Below are positions 1 through 9,788 of a stretch of 64,000 nt of DNA, piece by piece. The stretch's first letter is position 1; every line of letters begins with the position of its first letter. The translations under genes and the position numbers were made by a program. Below the pieces are notes generated by a model. The model did no database searches. It had not been told where the DNA came from and worked only from the letters and a program-made list of their open reading frames with translations. This DNA is from Spirochaetia bacterium (lineage in GTDB: Bacteria; Spirochaetota; Spirochaetia; SZUA-6; Bin103), in the NCBI GenBank assembly GCA_965203055.1, contig OZ241863.1:384001-448000 (forward strand). The letters are read 5' to 3'.

Positions 1-529
1 AGCCGCCGGCCCAGAGCAGGTAATGGGTGTAGTGGGTACCGCGATCGAACAGGTTGCCGGTCGTGGAGGCGTGAATCTCGGTGGGGCGCCCGATGGCGCC
101 GGCGTCCAGCACCCGCTTGAGCCGCTGAAACGAGCTGGTGTAGAGGTGCTGCTGGCACACGGCCGCCTTGATGCCGGCGCCGCGGCACAGCTCGACGATG
201 CGCCGCCCCTCGGCCAGCGACAGCGCCATCGGCTTCTCGAACGCCAGCCCCTTGACCCGGTGGGCGGCGGCAAGCTCCACCAGCGCCACCCGCACGGCAG
301 GCGGGGTGACGAAGCAGAACAGGTCGGGCGCGGTGTCGGCCAGCATGCGGCCGGCGTCCGCGTACCGGGCGGCCTCGATCCCGAACTGGTCGGCGGCGGC
401 GCTCAGCCGCGCCGCGTCCAGGTCGCACACCCCCACCAGCTCGAACCGCTCGGGGTGCGCCAGCCAGCCGGCGAGGTGCTTCTTGCCGCGGTTGCCGCAG
501 CCGGCCTGCGCCACGCGCAGCTTGGCCAT
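1..529 (-). CDS. Gfo/Idh/MocA family oxidoreductase (runs off window start)
   Basis: Manual translation from ATG at 529: MAKLRVAQAGCGNRGKKHL...LVGVCDLD...AFEKPMA (Rossmann motif and EKP motif). The ATG overlaps the upstream stop (TGATG). Confidence 0.85.
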   Translation of the reverse strand, partial: MAKLRVAQAGCGNRGKKHLAGWLAHPERFELVGVCDLDAARLSAAADQFGIEAARYADAGRMLADTAPDLFCFVTPPAVRVALVELAAAHRVKGLAFEKPMALSLAEGRRIVELCRGAGIKAAVCQQHLYTSSFQRLKRVLDAGAIGRPTEIHASTTGNLFDRGTHYTHYLLWAGG

Positions 530-1578
530 CAGCCGTTGCCCGGCCGGCGCTGACCGGCGGCCGCCGAGGGTTCGGCCACGCGCACCACCTGCTTGCCGAC
601 GTTCTTGCTGGTGAGCAGGCGCAGGAACGCTTCGGGCAGGCGCTCGAAGCCGTCGGCGACGTCGAAGCGCGACCGCACGGCGCCGGCGCGGTGCCAGGCC
701 GCGAGACGGGCGTAGGCTTCGTCCGCGCGGTGCGCGTAATCGCCTGACAGAAACCCCTCGATGCGGGCGCGGGAGACCAGGATGCGGCGCATGAAGCGCG
801 GTCCGACGTCGGGCTGCTCGAAGCGGTCGGCGAGGCTGATGGTGCCGACCACCACCACCCGCGCGAAGGTCGCCAGGTTCTGCATCACCGCATCCAGAAT
901 CGGGCCGGCGGTGTTGTCGAAGTATACGTCCACGCCGTTCGGGCACACCCGCGCGATGGCGGCCGCCAAGTCACGTTCGGCGCGGTAGTCGATGCCGTCG
1001 TCGTAGCCGAGCTCGCGGCACCAGGCGAGCTTCTCCGCCGAGCTGGTGACCGCGATCGTCCGGCAACCGCACAGCTTGGCGATCTGGCCGGCGAGCTGGC
1101 CTACCGACCCGGCCGCGGCCGAGATCACGACCGTATCTCCCGGCTTGATGCGGCCGGTCTCCAGCAGCGCGAAATAGGCGGTCGGGCCGTTCGTGCCCAG
1201 GGCGTCCAGCCACAGCGGCAGGTCGCCCACCGCAGGGTCCACGCGCCGCGCCGCCGCGGCCGGCAGCGCGGCGTACTCCTGCCAGCCGGTGGTCGCCGTC
1301 ACCAAGTCGCCCGGGCGGTAGGCGGCAGCGTTCGACCGCACCACCTCGGCTACGCCGGCGGCGGTCATCACCTCGCCCAGGCTGACGCCGGCAGCGTAGT
1401 TCTGCTGCCGGCTGATGCGCCCCCGCATGTAGGGGGCGACGTCGAGGTACAGGGAGCGCACCAGCAGCTCCCCTGCGCCCGGCTCCGGCACGGCGCCTTC
1501 GGACAGCGCCCAGTTGTCCAAGGCCGGCAGGCCCTCCGGGTGGGAGGCCAGCCGCCACTGTCGATTGCTCACTGCCAT
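529..1578 (-). CDS. NADP-dependent oxidoreductase (MDR; CurA/prostaglandin reductase-like)
   Basis: Motifs NRQWRLASHPEG, VVISAAAGSVG, GVDVYFDN, GKQVV. Start placed at ATG 1578, 7 nt after TACAAT. Confidence 0.9.
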   Translation of the reverse strand: MAVSNRQWRLASHPEGLPALDNWALSEGAVPEPGAGELLVRSLYLDVAPYMRGRISRQQNYAAGVSLGEVMTAAGVAEVVRSNAAAYRPGDLVTATTGWQEYAALPAAAARRVDPAVGDLPLWLDALGTNGPTAYFALLETGRIKPGDTVVISAAAGSVGQLAGQIAKLCGCRTIAVTSSAEKLAWCRELGYDDGIDYRAERDLAAAIARVCPNGVDVYFDNTAGPILDAVMQNLATFARVVVVGTISLADRFEQPDVGPRFMRRILVSRARIEGFLSGDYAHRADEAYARLAAWHRAGAVRSRFDVADGFERLPEAFLRLLTSKNVGKQVVRVAEPSAAAGQRRPGNG

Positions 1579-1642
1579 GAGCCGCATTGTACCACCGCCC
1601 GCGATCTTGTGTTGCGCACGTTCTTGTGTTGCGCAGGTTCGT

Positions 1643-3043
1643 TCAGGCCGCCGGCGCCGCGGCGGGCAGCCAGGGGAGGGAGCTGCCGGCGGCCAGCCGC
1701 CGGATCAGCAGGGCCAGCTCCAGGGCGTGGTAGTCGCCCCACTGGCACGACTCGCCGCAGGGGACCCGGCGTCCCGGGGGAACGTGGTCCCAGCCGTTGG
1801 GGCGGTGGTAGACGGTGTGCAGCAACAGGCCCTGGTGCGCGGGGTCGGCGGCCAGGTAGGGCGCGGCGAACAGGGTGCGGGCGATGCCGAGACCGGCGCC
1901 GAGGAAGCGGGCGGCGGGCGCCGGGCGCACGGCGTCCGGCAGCATGGCCAGACGCAGCAGACCCTGGGCGGCGATGGCCGCGGCGGAGCTGTCCACCGGC
2001 TCGTGGTCATTGAACGGATCCGCCGCCGCGGCGCGCCAGTCGCCGGCGGCGGCCAGGCCGGGCGCGCCGGTGTCCCAGTAGGGAATGCCGTCGGCGGCGC
2101 TGTTGGCGAGGTAGAATTGGCCGGTCGCCGCGGCCGCGGCCCCCACCCGCGCTACCGCCTGCGCGTGGCTCGCCAGTCCCGGGACGCCGGCCTCGGCCAC
2201 CGCCTCCGGCGCCAGCGCGGCGAGGTACTCCAGCATCTCCGCGCAGCCGAGAATGGCCCATGCCAGACCGCGCGTCCAGGTAGAGAACGGCGAATATCCC
2301 TGCTGCGTGGCGGCGCAGCGGTAGCTGCCGTCGTTGACGTTGAACAGCGCCTCGTGGGCCACCCGCCCGGGTACGTCGTAGTGGTCGCGCCCGGCGCCGA
2401 AGTAGACGTTGTAGCGGAGGGTGGTTTCGAGGTGCTGCAGCAGGCGCCGCAGCAGCGAGATGCGGCGGTCGCGCTCGCCCATCAGCACCTGCCCCAGCTC
2501 GTGCGCCGCGGCCAGCACCCGCAGCGAGCGAATGGTGTCGATGAACAGCGACTGCGGGCCGTTGAAGGAACAGATGTAGCCCAGGCCGTCGGGCAGCGCG
2601 GTCCAGCGCGCCGCCTGCACCGCGCCGGAGACCCGGATCGCCAACTGCAGGTGCTCGCGGTCGCCCGGCGTGGCCGGCCAGCGTCCTTCCTGCGCCAGGC
2701 GCAGCAGGTTGCCGTAGGTGCTCATGGTGTTGAAGCCGTGGTCGTGCACCCCGGTATGGGTGAGATGCGCCGGCATCACGCGGTCGATGCCGGAGCAGCC
2801 CAGCTCCAGCAGGCCGGCGTCGCCGGTGGCGTCGAAGGTCAGCAGCGCGGCGCCGTACTGGAACCCCTGGGTCCACTCGGTCCAGCCGCGGGTGGTGTAC
2901 TTGCCGTCGGCGGTGAACACCGGCGCCCCGCGCGCGGCGTCCCAGGCCGCGTCCAGGGCGCGGATCTTGGCGCCGGCCAGGGCGAATACCGAAGCCGCGG
3001 CCGGCTCCAGGTCGCGCGGTTGGAGTGCGGCGTCAACGTCCAT
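1643..3043 (-). CDS. Glycoside hydrolase family 88-like (unsaturated glucuronyl hydrolase-like)
   Basis: C-terminal part of ORF 1643..4225: WTEWTQGF, HDHGF, FIDT, TWTRGLAW, PYWD, DSSAAAIAA, WGDYH. Start MDVDAA at 3043. Confidence 0.8.
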   Translation of the reverse strand: MDVDAALQPRDLEPAAASVFALAGAKIRALDAAWDAARGAPVFTADGKYTTRGWTEWTQGFQYGAALLTFDATGDAGLLELGCSGIDRVMPAHLTHTGVHDHGFNTMSTYGNLLRLAQEGRWPATPGDREHLQLAIRVSGAVQAARWTALPDGLGYICSFNGPQSLFIDTIRSLRVLAAAHELGQVLMGERDRRISLLRRLLQHLETTLRYNVYFGAGRDHYDVPGRVAHEALFNVNDGSYRCAATQQGYSPFSTWTRGLAWAILGCAEMLEYLAALAPEAVAEAGVPGLASHAQAVARVGAAAAATGQFYLANSAADGIPYWDTGAPGLAAAGDWRAAAADPFNDHEPVDSSAAAIAAQGLLRLAMLPDAVRPAPAARFLGAGLGIARTLFAAPYLAADPAHQGLLLHTVYHRPNGWDHVPPGRRVPCGESCQWGDYHALELALLIRRLAAGSSLPWLPAAAPAA

Positions 3044-3060
3044 TTCAATCTCCCGCAGGG

Positions 3061-3843
3061 CTACAGGCGCAGCAGGCTGAAGCCGCCGTCCACGTCCACC
3101 ACTGTACCCTGACTGAAGTCGAAGGCGCCGCTGACCAGCGCCGCCACCGCGCGGCCGACGTCGGCGCCGCTCCCCCAACGGCCCTGCGGCACCAGGCCGT
3201 CGGCGATGAGGGCGTCGTACTTCTCCTTGACCGCCCGGGTCATGTCGGTCTCCATCAATCCCGGGCGCACCTCGTAGACGCCGATCCCCGCTGCCGCCAA
3301 ACGCACCGCGAACAGCTCCCGGGCCATGCTCAGGCCGGCCTTGGACACGCAGTACTCGCCGCGGCTCACCGAGGCGTAGGCGGCCGAGATGGAGGTGACG
3401 AAGACCACCGCGCGCCGCCGGTCGGGTTCTCCCGGCCGGGCGAGCCAGTGGCGCGCCACCTGCTGGGTGAGGAAGTAGGGGCCGACAAGATTGGTGGCCA
3501 GCACTTCCGCAAACGACTCCTCGGTGGCTTGCAACAGGTCGGCGCGCCGGCGCGGGGCGATGCCGGCGTTGTTCACCAGTATCTCCACGCTGCCGAACCG
3601 CTCCAGGGTCTCCGCCAGCAGGCGCGCGCGGTCCGCGGACACGGCGACGTCCGCCTGCAGGTGGTGAAAGCGCTGGCCGGCGCCCGCGGCGCGCTGCCGG
3701 CAGGCCGCCGCGGTGGCCGCCGCGGAGGCGGCGTCGCTGCGGTAGCCGATCGCCACCGAGTGGCCGGCCGCGGCCAGCGCCAGCGCGACCCCGGCGCCGA
3801 GGCCGCGCCCGCCGCCGGTGACCAGCGCCACCGGAGGCGTCAC
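3061..3843 (-). CDS. SDR family oxidoreductase (3-ketoacyl-ACP reductase-like)
   Basis: TGGGRGLG, NNAG, YCVSK (YxxxK), VDGG. Confidence 0.9.
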   Translation of the reverse strand: MTPPVALVTGGGRGLGAGVALALAAAGHSVAIGYRSDAASAAATAAACRQRAAGAGQRFHHLQADVAVSADRARLLAETLERFGSVEILVNNAGIAPRRRADLLQATEESFAEVLATNLVGPYFLTQQVARHWLARPGEPDRRRAVVFVTSISAAYASVSRGEYCVSKAGLSMARELFAVRLAAAGIGVYEVRPGLMETDMTRAVKEKYDALIADGLVPQGRWGSGADVGRAVAALVSGAFDFSQGTVVDVDGGFSLLRL

Positions 3844-4590
3844 CTACATCACCCCCGGGCGGCCGGCCAGCAGCGTCATCGGGTCGCTGATCGGCACCGG
3901 GTTGCGCAGCAGGTAGGCCTCGCCGAACTCGGCGCCGATCATCCGCCCGTAGTAGCGGTGGCGCCCCTCCCAGGCGGCCAGGAAGTCGGACCGCGAGAGG
4001 TAGGTCTCCGGCTCCGCGGCGGCGCCGGGTGGAGCGGCCGCCGGCGCCGGGCGGTGCAGCTGCGAGGCGTAGCACGCCACGGCGCGCGCCTTGACGGCGA
4101 ACTGGCCGCTGACGTCGACGATCAGGGAGGGGCGCGCGGCGTAGCGCGACAGGTGGAATAGCATTGCCTCGGGGCGGTGGGCGGGCGCGCCGCCGGGGTG
4201 CTTGGCGACTCCGGCGAACCACCACGCGTCCTTCATCAGCAGGCTGGTGTTGACGTGATCCGGGTGATGGTCTTCCCAGTAGGGTCCCACCAGCATGCGC
4301 GGCCGCTCGCTGCGGATCACCTCCACCAGCCGCGTGCGGTACTCGACGGTACGCTCCACGAAGCCGTCCGGCAGGTCCAGGTCCAGCCTCACGTGCAGTC
4401 CCAGGATGGCGGTGGCGCGGGCGCGTTCCTCGCTGCGCAGCGCGGCGTTGCCGCGGCTGCCCAGCTCGCCGCGCGTCAGGTCCACCACGCCCACGCGGGC
4501 GCCGGCGGCCCGGCAGCGCAGCAGCAGGCCGGCGCAGCCCAGCTCGGCGTCATCGGGATGGGCGCACACCGCCAGCACGTCAACCGCCAT
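3844..4590 (-). CDS. bshB1: PIG-L family N-acetylglucosaminyl deacetylase, BshB1-like
   Basis: AHPDDAELG, DLTRGELGSRG, HHPDH, CYASQ, YYGRMIGAEFGEAY. Confidence 0.75.
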   Translation of the reverse strand: MAVDVLAVCAHPDDAELGCAGLLLRCRAAGARVGVVDLTRGELGSRGNAALRSEERARATAILGLHVRLDLDLPDGFVERTVEYRTRLVEVIRSERPRMLVGPYWEDHHPDHVNTSLLMKDAWWFAGVAKHPGGAPAHRPEAMLFHLSRYAARPSLIVDVSGQFAVKARAVACYASQLHRPAPAAAPPGAAAEPETYLSRSDFLAAWEGRHRYYGRMIGAEFGEAYLLRNPVPISDPMTLLAGRPGVM

Positions 4591-4605
4591 GACACCCCGA
4601 TAATA

Positions 4606-5895
4606 TCAGAACACTTCTTCCATTACGTAGAAGTAGTTTTCGTCGGTGCCGAAGATCAGGTAGTTGCCGGCCACCACCGGGGCGCTCAGCACTGCGCCCT
4701 CCAGGTCCATCTCCCACAACAGCCGGCCATTCCGGGCGGAGAGCGCCACCAGGCGCGGCGGGCGCCCGCCGGGAACGCCGTCGCCGCGCACCCCGAAGTA
4801 GACCCGGTCGCCGGCCACGGTCGGCGCGCTGCTGGTGGGATACTGAAAGCTGTAGCGCCACGCCGGCTGCCCGGTGCGGGCATTGAAGGCGCGCGCCACG
4901 GCGTCGCCGCTGGTGTAGATCACGGTGTTGCGCCACAGCGCCGGCGCCAGGTAGTCCAGGAGCTGCAGGTTGTCGAGGAACACCCGTTGCGGGTGGTAGA
5001 TCAGCTCGCCCGCGTCGCCGAAGAACGACTCCTCCTGCCGGTTCCACAGCTCCTCGCCGGTGAGCCGGTCGACCGCGTAATAGACGAACTGCAGGCCGCC
5101 GCCGCCAAGACTGCGCCCGAGGCCGGCCGCGGAGTAGAACAACTCGTCGCCGCGTAACGCGGGAAAGGAGTACCAGTTGAGCCCCGGGGTGGTCGACTTG
5201 ATCCACAGATACGCCTTTTCGTACACGTCGTAGGCGCCGAAGCTGGCGCCGCGTCCGGGCGGGCCGGGCGCCCAGTACATCACCCCGTCGTACACCTGGA
5301 AGGTGTGGAAGGACCACACCGGGTTGGGGAGGTAGTGCACTTCGTCGCCGCCGGCGGCGGTGACGAAGTGGGTGTTGCCGCGGTCGCTGGTGAACATCAC
5401 CAGATCGTCGTAGCGCAGAATCAGCGACTGCACGGTGTATTCGGTGGGGAACTTCCAGCGCTCCTCGCCGGTTTCTCGCGCCACGGCGTAGACGTGGCCG
5501 TCGTTGGAACCGAAGTAGAGATGGTCCTGATCGGCGAACGGCACCGAGTTGACCGGCGCCTGCGCCTGGAAGATCCAGCGCATGTAGCCGCTGCGCACGT
5601 CCAGCGCGTAGAAGTTGCCGTCGTCGGAGCCGAAGTAGATGGTGTCGTCCACCACCACCGGCGGGTTGAAGGAACGCGCCTTGCCGCCGCCGGCCTGCAA
5701 CTGCAGTTGCCACTTGACCGCCAGCGGCGGTTGAATCCGCGTCCCGGTGATCCCCCGTCCTTCCTCCCCCCGGAACATCACCCAGTCGCGGTTGCCGCTG
5801 CCGTACGCCGCCGCGGGCGCCAGTACGCACCCCAGCGCGCACAACGCCGCGGCCAACGCTCGGTTCGCCGCCGCGGCAAGCGGTCGCTGCCTCAT
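4606..5895 (-). CDS. Secreted PQQ-like beta-propeller repeat protein (BamB-like)
   Basis: N-terminal signal peptide, WVMFRG, and repeated blades such as YFGSDDGNFYALD...W, SSAPTV, SAPVV. Confidence 0.85.
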   Translation of the reverse strand: MRQRPLAAAANRALAAALCALGCVLAPAAAYGSGNRDWVMFRGEEGRGITGTRIQPPLAVKWQLQLQAGGGKARSFNPPVVVDDTIYFGSDDGNFYALDVRSGYMRWIFQAQAPVNSVPFADQDHLYFGSNDGHVYAVARETGEERWKFPTEYTVQSLILRYDDLVMFTSDRGNTHFVTAAGGDEVHYLPNPVWSFHTFQVYDGVMYWAPGPPGRGASFGAYDVYEKAYLWIKSTTPGLNWYSFPALRGDELFYSAAGLGRSLGGGGLQFVYYAVDRLTGEELWNRQEESFFGDAGELIYHPQRVFLDNLQLLDYLAPALWRNTVIYTSGDAVARAFNARTGQPAWRYSFQYPTSSAPTVAGDRVYFGVRGDGVPGGRPPRLVALSARNGRLLWEMDLEGAVLSAPVVAGNYLIFGTDENYFYVMEEVF

Positions 5896-5907
5896 GCCGG
5901 CCTGCCT

Positions 5908-8403
5908 TTAGTAGTAGAGGGCGCGGAGGCTGACGGAGCGGCGCAGCGCGGCGACCGGGCCGCGCTTGCGCACCTCCCGCAGCGCTCGCTGGTAGTGCGC
6001 GCGCAGTTCCTGCCACGTGCGGCCGCGCTCTCCGGGGTCGTATGCGGTGCGGTAGCGCAGCATGGTGTAGAGGGCGGCGAAGCGCCCGATCTCGGGATAG
6101 CGCTCGGCGTACTGCCGCACCGTGTGAGACTGCGGCTTCAACGCGCAGCCGGCGCTGGCCATGCGCATGCACAGCAGTCGGCCGAGGGCGCGCAAGCCGC
6201 GCGCATCGCCGCGGCGGGCGCACAGCGCGAGCCAGCCTTCGCGGCCGTAGCGCAGCCCATAGGCGCCGGCGATGCCCAGCGCGGCCAGCGCCGCCGCTAC
6301 GGTCAAGGCGAAGCGCCAGGGGAATACGAAGTCGCGCGGCACCGGCACCTCCTCCACCTCGATGATCGGGATCACGATGTCCAGCGCGTTGGCGTCGGCG
6401 CCGGGCGGCGGGCTCTTGGCGAAGGCCGTGGTCTCGAAGTCCACCCAGCCGTAGTCGGGGAGCCAGAACTGGGTCCATGAGTGGCGGTGCGCCGAAGTGA
6501 TCAGGTAGAGGTCCTCCGGCGGATACTCCTGCAGCGGCTCGATCGACTGGCGCAGAATGGCCGCGCCGCGCGCGTGCTGCGGCGTCTGCAGCGAGTCGGC
6601 GCCGAGATACCCGGTCACTACCCGCGACGGGATGCCCAACATGCGGCCCAGAATCGCCGAGGCGTTGGAGAACTCCGTGCAGTCGCCGGAGCGCGTCTCG
6701 AACAGGAAATCGTCGACGTGAGCGACCGAAACGTCATCGGTAAAGCCGATCTCGTACTGGTAGTCGGCATAGCTGCGCAGCAGCAGGTCGATGCGGTCGT
6801 AGGCGTGCTCCGCAGCTCCCGTAACCCGGTCCGCGTAGGCCTGGAAGCGCGCCCGCCGCTCCGCGTCCAGCGGGACTTCGAGGTAGCCGCTCAGGCGTTC
6901 GCGCTCGGCGGCGGTCAGCGGCCGCGCCCGGCGCCACGCTTCGGGGTCGGTGGCGCTCACTTGCGAGACCACGCGGTAGGAGAGATCGAACGGGTGATAG
7001 CGGCGCTGCTGGACCGTGGGTTCCACCGCCTGCGGCCGGTAGGGCATGACCCGCTCCGGGATGGTGGAGAAGAAGGTATGCGCCAAGGGGGTGCGGCCGC
7101 GGTCGCGCGGCGGCGTGGGATCCTCCCAGGTTTCGAACAGCCGGCGGTGCACCAACTCGTTGAGCGGCTCCTCCCGCGAATAGGAGAGACCGTAGACGCC
7201 GTCGAACCTCCCGAAGTAGGCGTCGGCGGCGTACACCGGATCGCGCTGGCTGGCGATGATCATCACCGCGTACTGCTTGTTCTCGCCTTCGCCGTCGCCG
7301 CTGTCCTGATTGCCGTCGCCCTGGTCGCCGGCTTCGCCCTGGTTGGCGGTGCCGCTCTCGCCCGCCTGGCCGCCCGACTGCCCCTGCTCGCCCGCGCTGC
7401 CGCCGGCGCCGCCGGTAGCGTCGGCCGGCGCCGGGCGCGGCCGGGGTTGCGGCTGCGGTTGCCGGCGCTGCTCCCACTCCCGCGCCGGGATGCCCTCCAG
7501 CCCCGGCAGCCGGCCGCTGCCGCCCTGCTCCCCTTGCGCTTCCTGGGGAGGCTGCTGTTGGTTGCCCTGCCCGCCGCCGGACTGGTCGCGCGGCTCGAAC
7601 TGCTGCTGGCCGCGCAAGTTGCCGCCGGGCGGCGCGTCGCTGAAGTCGTCGACCGGCTGCGGCGGCGCCGGCGGCAACTCGTTGAGCTCGTTGAAGGCGA
7701 TCCGGTGCTCGACGAAGTCGGGCGGCAGGATGAGCGCCAGCACCACGATCAGCGGGACGATCGCCGCCGAGAACACGGTTAGCTCGCGGCGCCCGCGGCG
7801 GCGCTCCTCGGCGCGCCCCGCTCCCGGACGCCGGTTGGGGAACGCGGCCTGGTAGATGACGATGCCGTGCACCAGGAAGCCGGCGATGCTCACCAGCAGG
7901 AGCACCGTGGTGAGCAGCGAGCTAGCGCCCGAGATCGCTTCCGAGGCGCGCGAGAAGCGCAGCATCTTGACGTAGACGTAGCCGATGAAGAACAGCTCCG
8001 CGGCGGCCAGCGTGTGGCCGTACTCGCGCGCGCCGAAGATCAGCAGCGTGAGCAGGAAGGCGCCGGCGCCGGCCGCGGCCACCAGCCACGCCGCGCTGTC
8101 CAGGCCGGTGCCGAACGCGATCGCCGCCACGATCGCCAGGCCGGCCGCGGCCAGCAGCCGGGGCGGCTGCAGCCAGCGGCGCGCGCGGGCGGCCAGCCGC
8201 GCCGCCCGGCCGCGCCCGGCGGGCGCGGTCCCGCCCGCCACCGCGTGGCGCAGGGCGTAGGCCAGCAGCATCTCCAGCGGCACCAGGGCGAACCACACCA
8301 GGTATCCGGCGCGGTCGTAGGGCACCGTCACCGCGGGGTGCAGCAGCGGCATGGCCACCGCCGTGGCGTACACCAGCAGGCGGGTCAGGAAGAGGAGATG
8401 CAC
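5908..8403 (-). CDS. Membrane-anchored transglutaminase-like (TgpA-type) protein
   Basis: Multiple N-terminal TM helices, a Gln/Gly-rich linker, GDCTEF (Cys), IPSRVVTGY, HSW...GWVDFETT and a C-terminal TM. GTG start inferred. Confidence 0.8.
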   Translation of the reverse strand: MHLLFLTRLLVYATAVAMPLLHPAVTVPYDRAGYLVWFALVPLEMLLAYALRHAVAGGTAPAGRGRAARLAARARRWLQPPRLLAAAGLAIVAAIAFGTGLDSAAWLVAAAGAGAFLLTLLIFGAREYGHTLAAAELFFIGYVYVKMLRFSRASEAISGASSLLTTVLLLVSIAGFLVHGIVIYQAAFPNRRPGAGRAEERRRGRRELTVFSAAIVPLIVVLALILPPDFVEHRIAFNELNELPPAPPQPVDDFSDAPPGGNLRGQQQFEPRDQSGGGQGNQQQPPQEAQGEQGGSGRLPGLEGIPAREWEQRRQPQPQPRPRPAPADATGGAGGSAGEQGQSGGQAGESGTANQGEAGDQGDGNQDSGDGEGENKQYAVMIIASQRDPVYAADAYFGRFDGVYGLSYSREEPLNELVHRRLFETWEDPTPPRDRGRTPLAHTFFSTIPERVMPYRPQAVEPTVQQRRYHPFDLSYRVVSQVSATDPEAWRRARPLTAAERERLSGYLEVPLDAERRARFQAYADRVTGAAEHAYDRIDLLLRSYADYQYEIGFTDDVSVAHVDDFLFETRSGDCTEFSNASAILGRMLGIPSRVVTGYLGADSLQTPQHARGAAILRQSIEPLQEYPPEDLYLITSAHRHSWTQFWLPDYGWVDFETTAFAKSPPPGADANALDIVIPIIEVEEVPVPRDFVFPWRFALTVAAALAALGIAGAYGLRYGREGWLALCARRGDARGLRALGRLLCMRMASAGCALKPQSHTVRQYAERYPEIGRFAALYTMLRYRTAYDPGERGRTWQELRAHYQRALREVRKRGPVAALRRSVSLRALYY

Positions 8404-9779
8404 AGGTAGCTCACTTTGAGGGGCTGCTCTTCGCGCAGGCCCGGGCGCGGGCCGGCGACCGCCTCCGCGGCCGGCAGGTCCCGCATGCGCCGCTCGCGCG
8501 CCAGCAGCCAGCGGCCGCCGGCGCAGGTGGGCAGCGGCGCCTCGCTGAGGCTCATCCGGTAGGCATGCGCGCCATCTTCCGCCGCCTCCGCCGGGACGCT
8601 GCGGAACAGGTTGACGTAGTGCGCGCCGCTGCGCTCCACGAAGCGCGGCAGATCCTCGTCGAACGCCGTCGAGAAGATGAACAGCTCCCGGGCCGGCGCG
8701 GCGCCGGCGGCGGGAGGCTCCGCGGTCAGGTGCAACTCGGCGAGCTGCCGCGCGAACCCCTCGATCTCCTCCGGCGTCGCGAGGCGATGGGTCTCGCCGC
8801 CGGTGTCCACCACGAAGATGAACTCGGGATGGCGTTGCTTGACCACGCGCAGGAAGGTCAGCAGCCAGCTCTTGATGAAGTCCAGATGCAGCACCGCGGC
8901 CAGGGTCTCGCCGCCGCGGCGCCGGCAGCGGCGCAACACGACGTGCAGTTCCGGGGTCTGCTCCTGCGTGAGCGGGGAGATACGGGTGATCAGTTCGCCC
9001 AACCGGCTGGTCGCCTTCCAGTTGATGTCCTTCATGCGGTCGCCGGGCACGTACTCGCGCATGAAGTACTGCTCCTCGTCGGAGGTGCGGGAGCGCTGCG
9101 TGGTGTCGTAACCGGCGGAAATCTCCACCGGCGGGGTGGATTGCTCGCCGAGCAGTCCGGGGCGCACCACCAGCGCGCGCCGCTCGGGCGCGCGAATCGG
9201 GGCGCGCGTGAGCCCGAACACGTCGCGCACCGTGAGCCGCCCGGTCAGCTCCAGCCGCCCGCTGCAGGGAAACCAGAGCGGGATCGCCGCCTCGCCGCCC
9301 GGCGTGGCCACTTCGCGGTAGCCGCGCAGGGTGGCGCGCCGCCCTGCCTGCAGCCGCCAGGTGACGCGCAGGTGGATGCGGTAGAACAGCCAGCTCCGGG
9401 CGCTGCGGGTGCGCAGCCGGTGCCGGGAGCCGAGCTCGCGGGCGGCCAGCGGCGCGGAACTGTCCCACTCGAACTCGACCAGCTTGCAGCGGTAGGCCTG
9501 CAGCCGGCCGAGCGCGGCCAGCGCCAGCAGGATCAGGAAGCCGGTGCTGGCGAGCAGAAACTCATGCGGGGAGCCGCTCGCGAAGGCGCTGCCCAGCAGG
9601 TAGACCGCGGCCCCGGCCAGCGCGCTGCCGAGCAACGTGAGCGGGTAGTAGTGCAGCGCCAGCCGCGCCGCGCCACGCAAGGACTGCGCTTCGCCGCCGC
9701 GCCCGGCCCGCGCCGCCGCGCCCCGGGTAAAGCGCGCCTCCCCGGCGGCTGCGCGGTGGAAGGTTGCGCTCGCAGCCAT
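8385..9779 (-). CDS. DUF58 domain protein
   Basis: Two TM helices, DVFGL, MREYVPGDRMKDINWKATSR; lies between MoxR and the transglutaminase. Confidence 0.85.
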   Translation of the reverse strand: MAASATFHRAAAGEARFTRGAAARAGRGGEAQSLRGAARLALHYYPLTLLGSALAGAAVYLLGSAFASGSPHEFLLASTGFLILLALAALGRLQAYRCKLVEFEWDSSAPLAARELGSRHRLRTRSARSWLFYRIHLRVTWRLQAGRRATLRGYREVATPGGEAAIPLWFPCSGRLELTGRLTVRDVFGLTRAPIRAPERRALVVRPGLLGEQSTPPVEISAGYDTTQRSRTSDEEQYFMREYVPGDRMKDINWKATSRLGELITRISPLTQEQTPELHVVLRRCRRRGGETLAAVLHLDFIKSWLLTFLRVVKQRHPEFIFVVDTGGETHRLATPEEIEGFARQLAELHLTAEPPAAGAAPARELFIFSTAFDEDLPRFVERSGAHYVNLFRSVPAEAAEDGAHAYRMSLSEAPLPTCAGGRWLLARERRMRDLPAAEAVAGPRPGLREEQPLKVSYLCISSS

Positions 9780-9788
9780 GCGCCGCCG

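Noticed and set aside
1643..9468. Apparent giant fusions (860-aa and 1186-aa ORFs)
   Set aside because: Their N-terminal parts are off-frame readings of the SDR/BshB1 and DUF58 genes.
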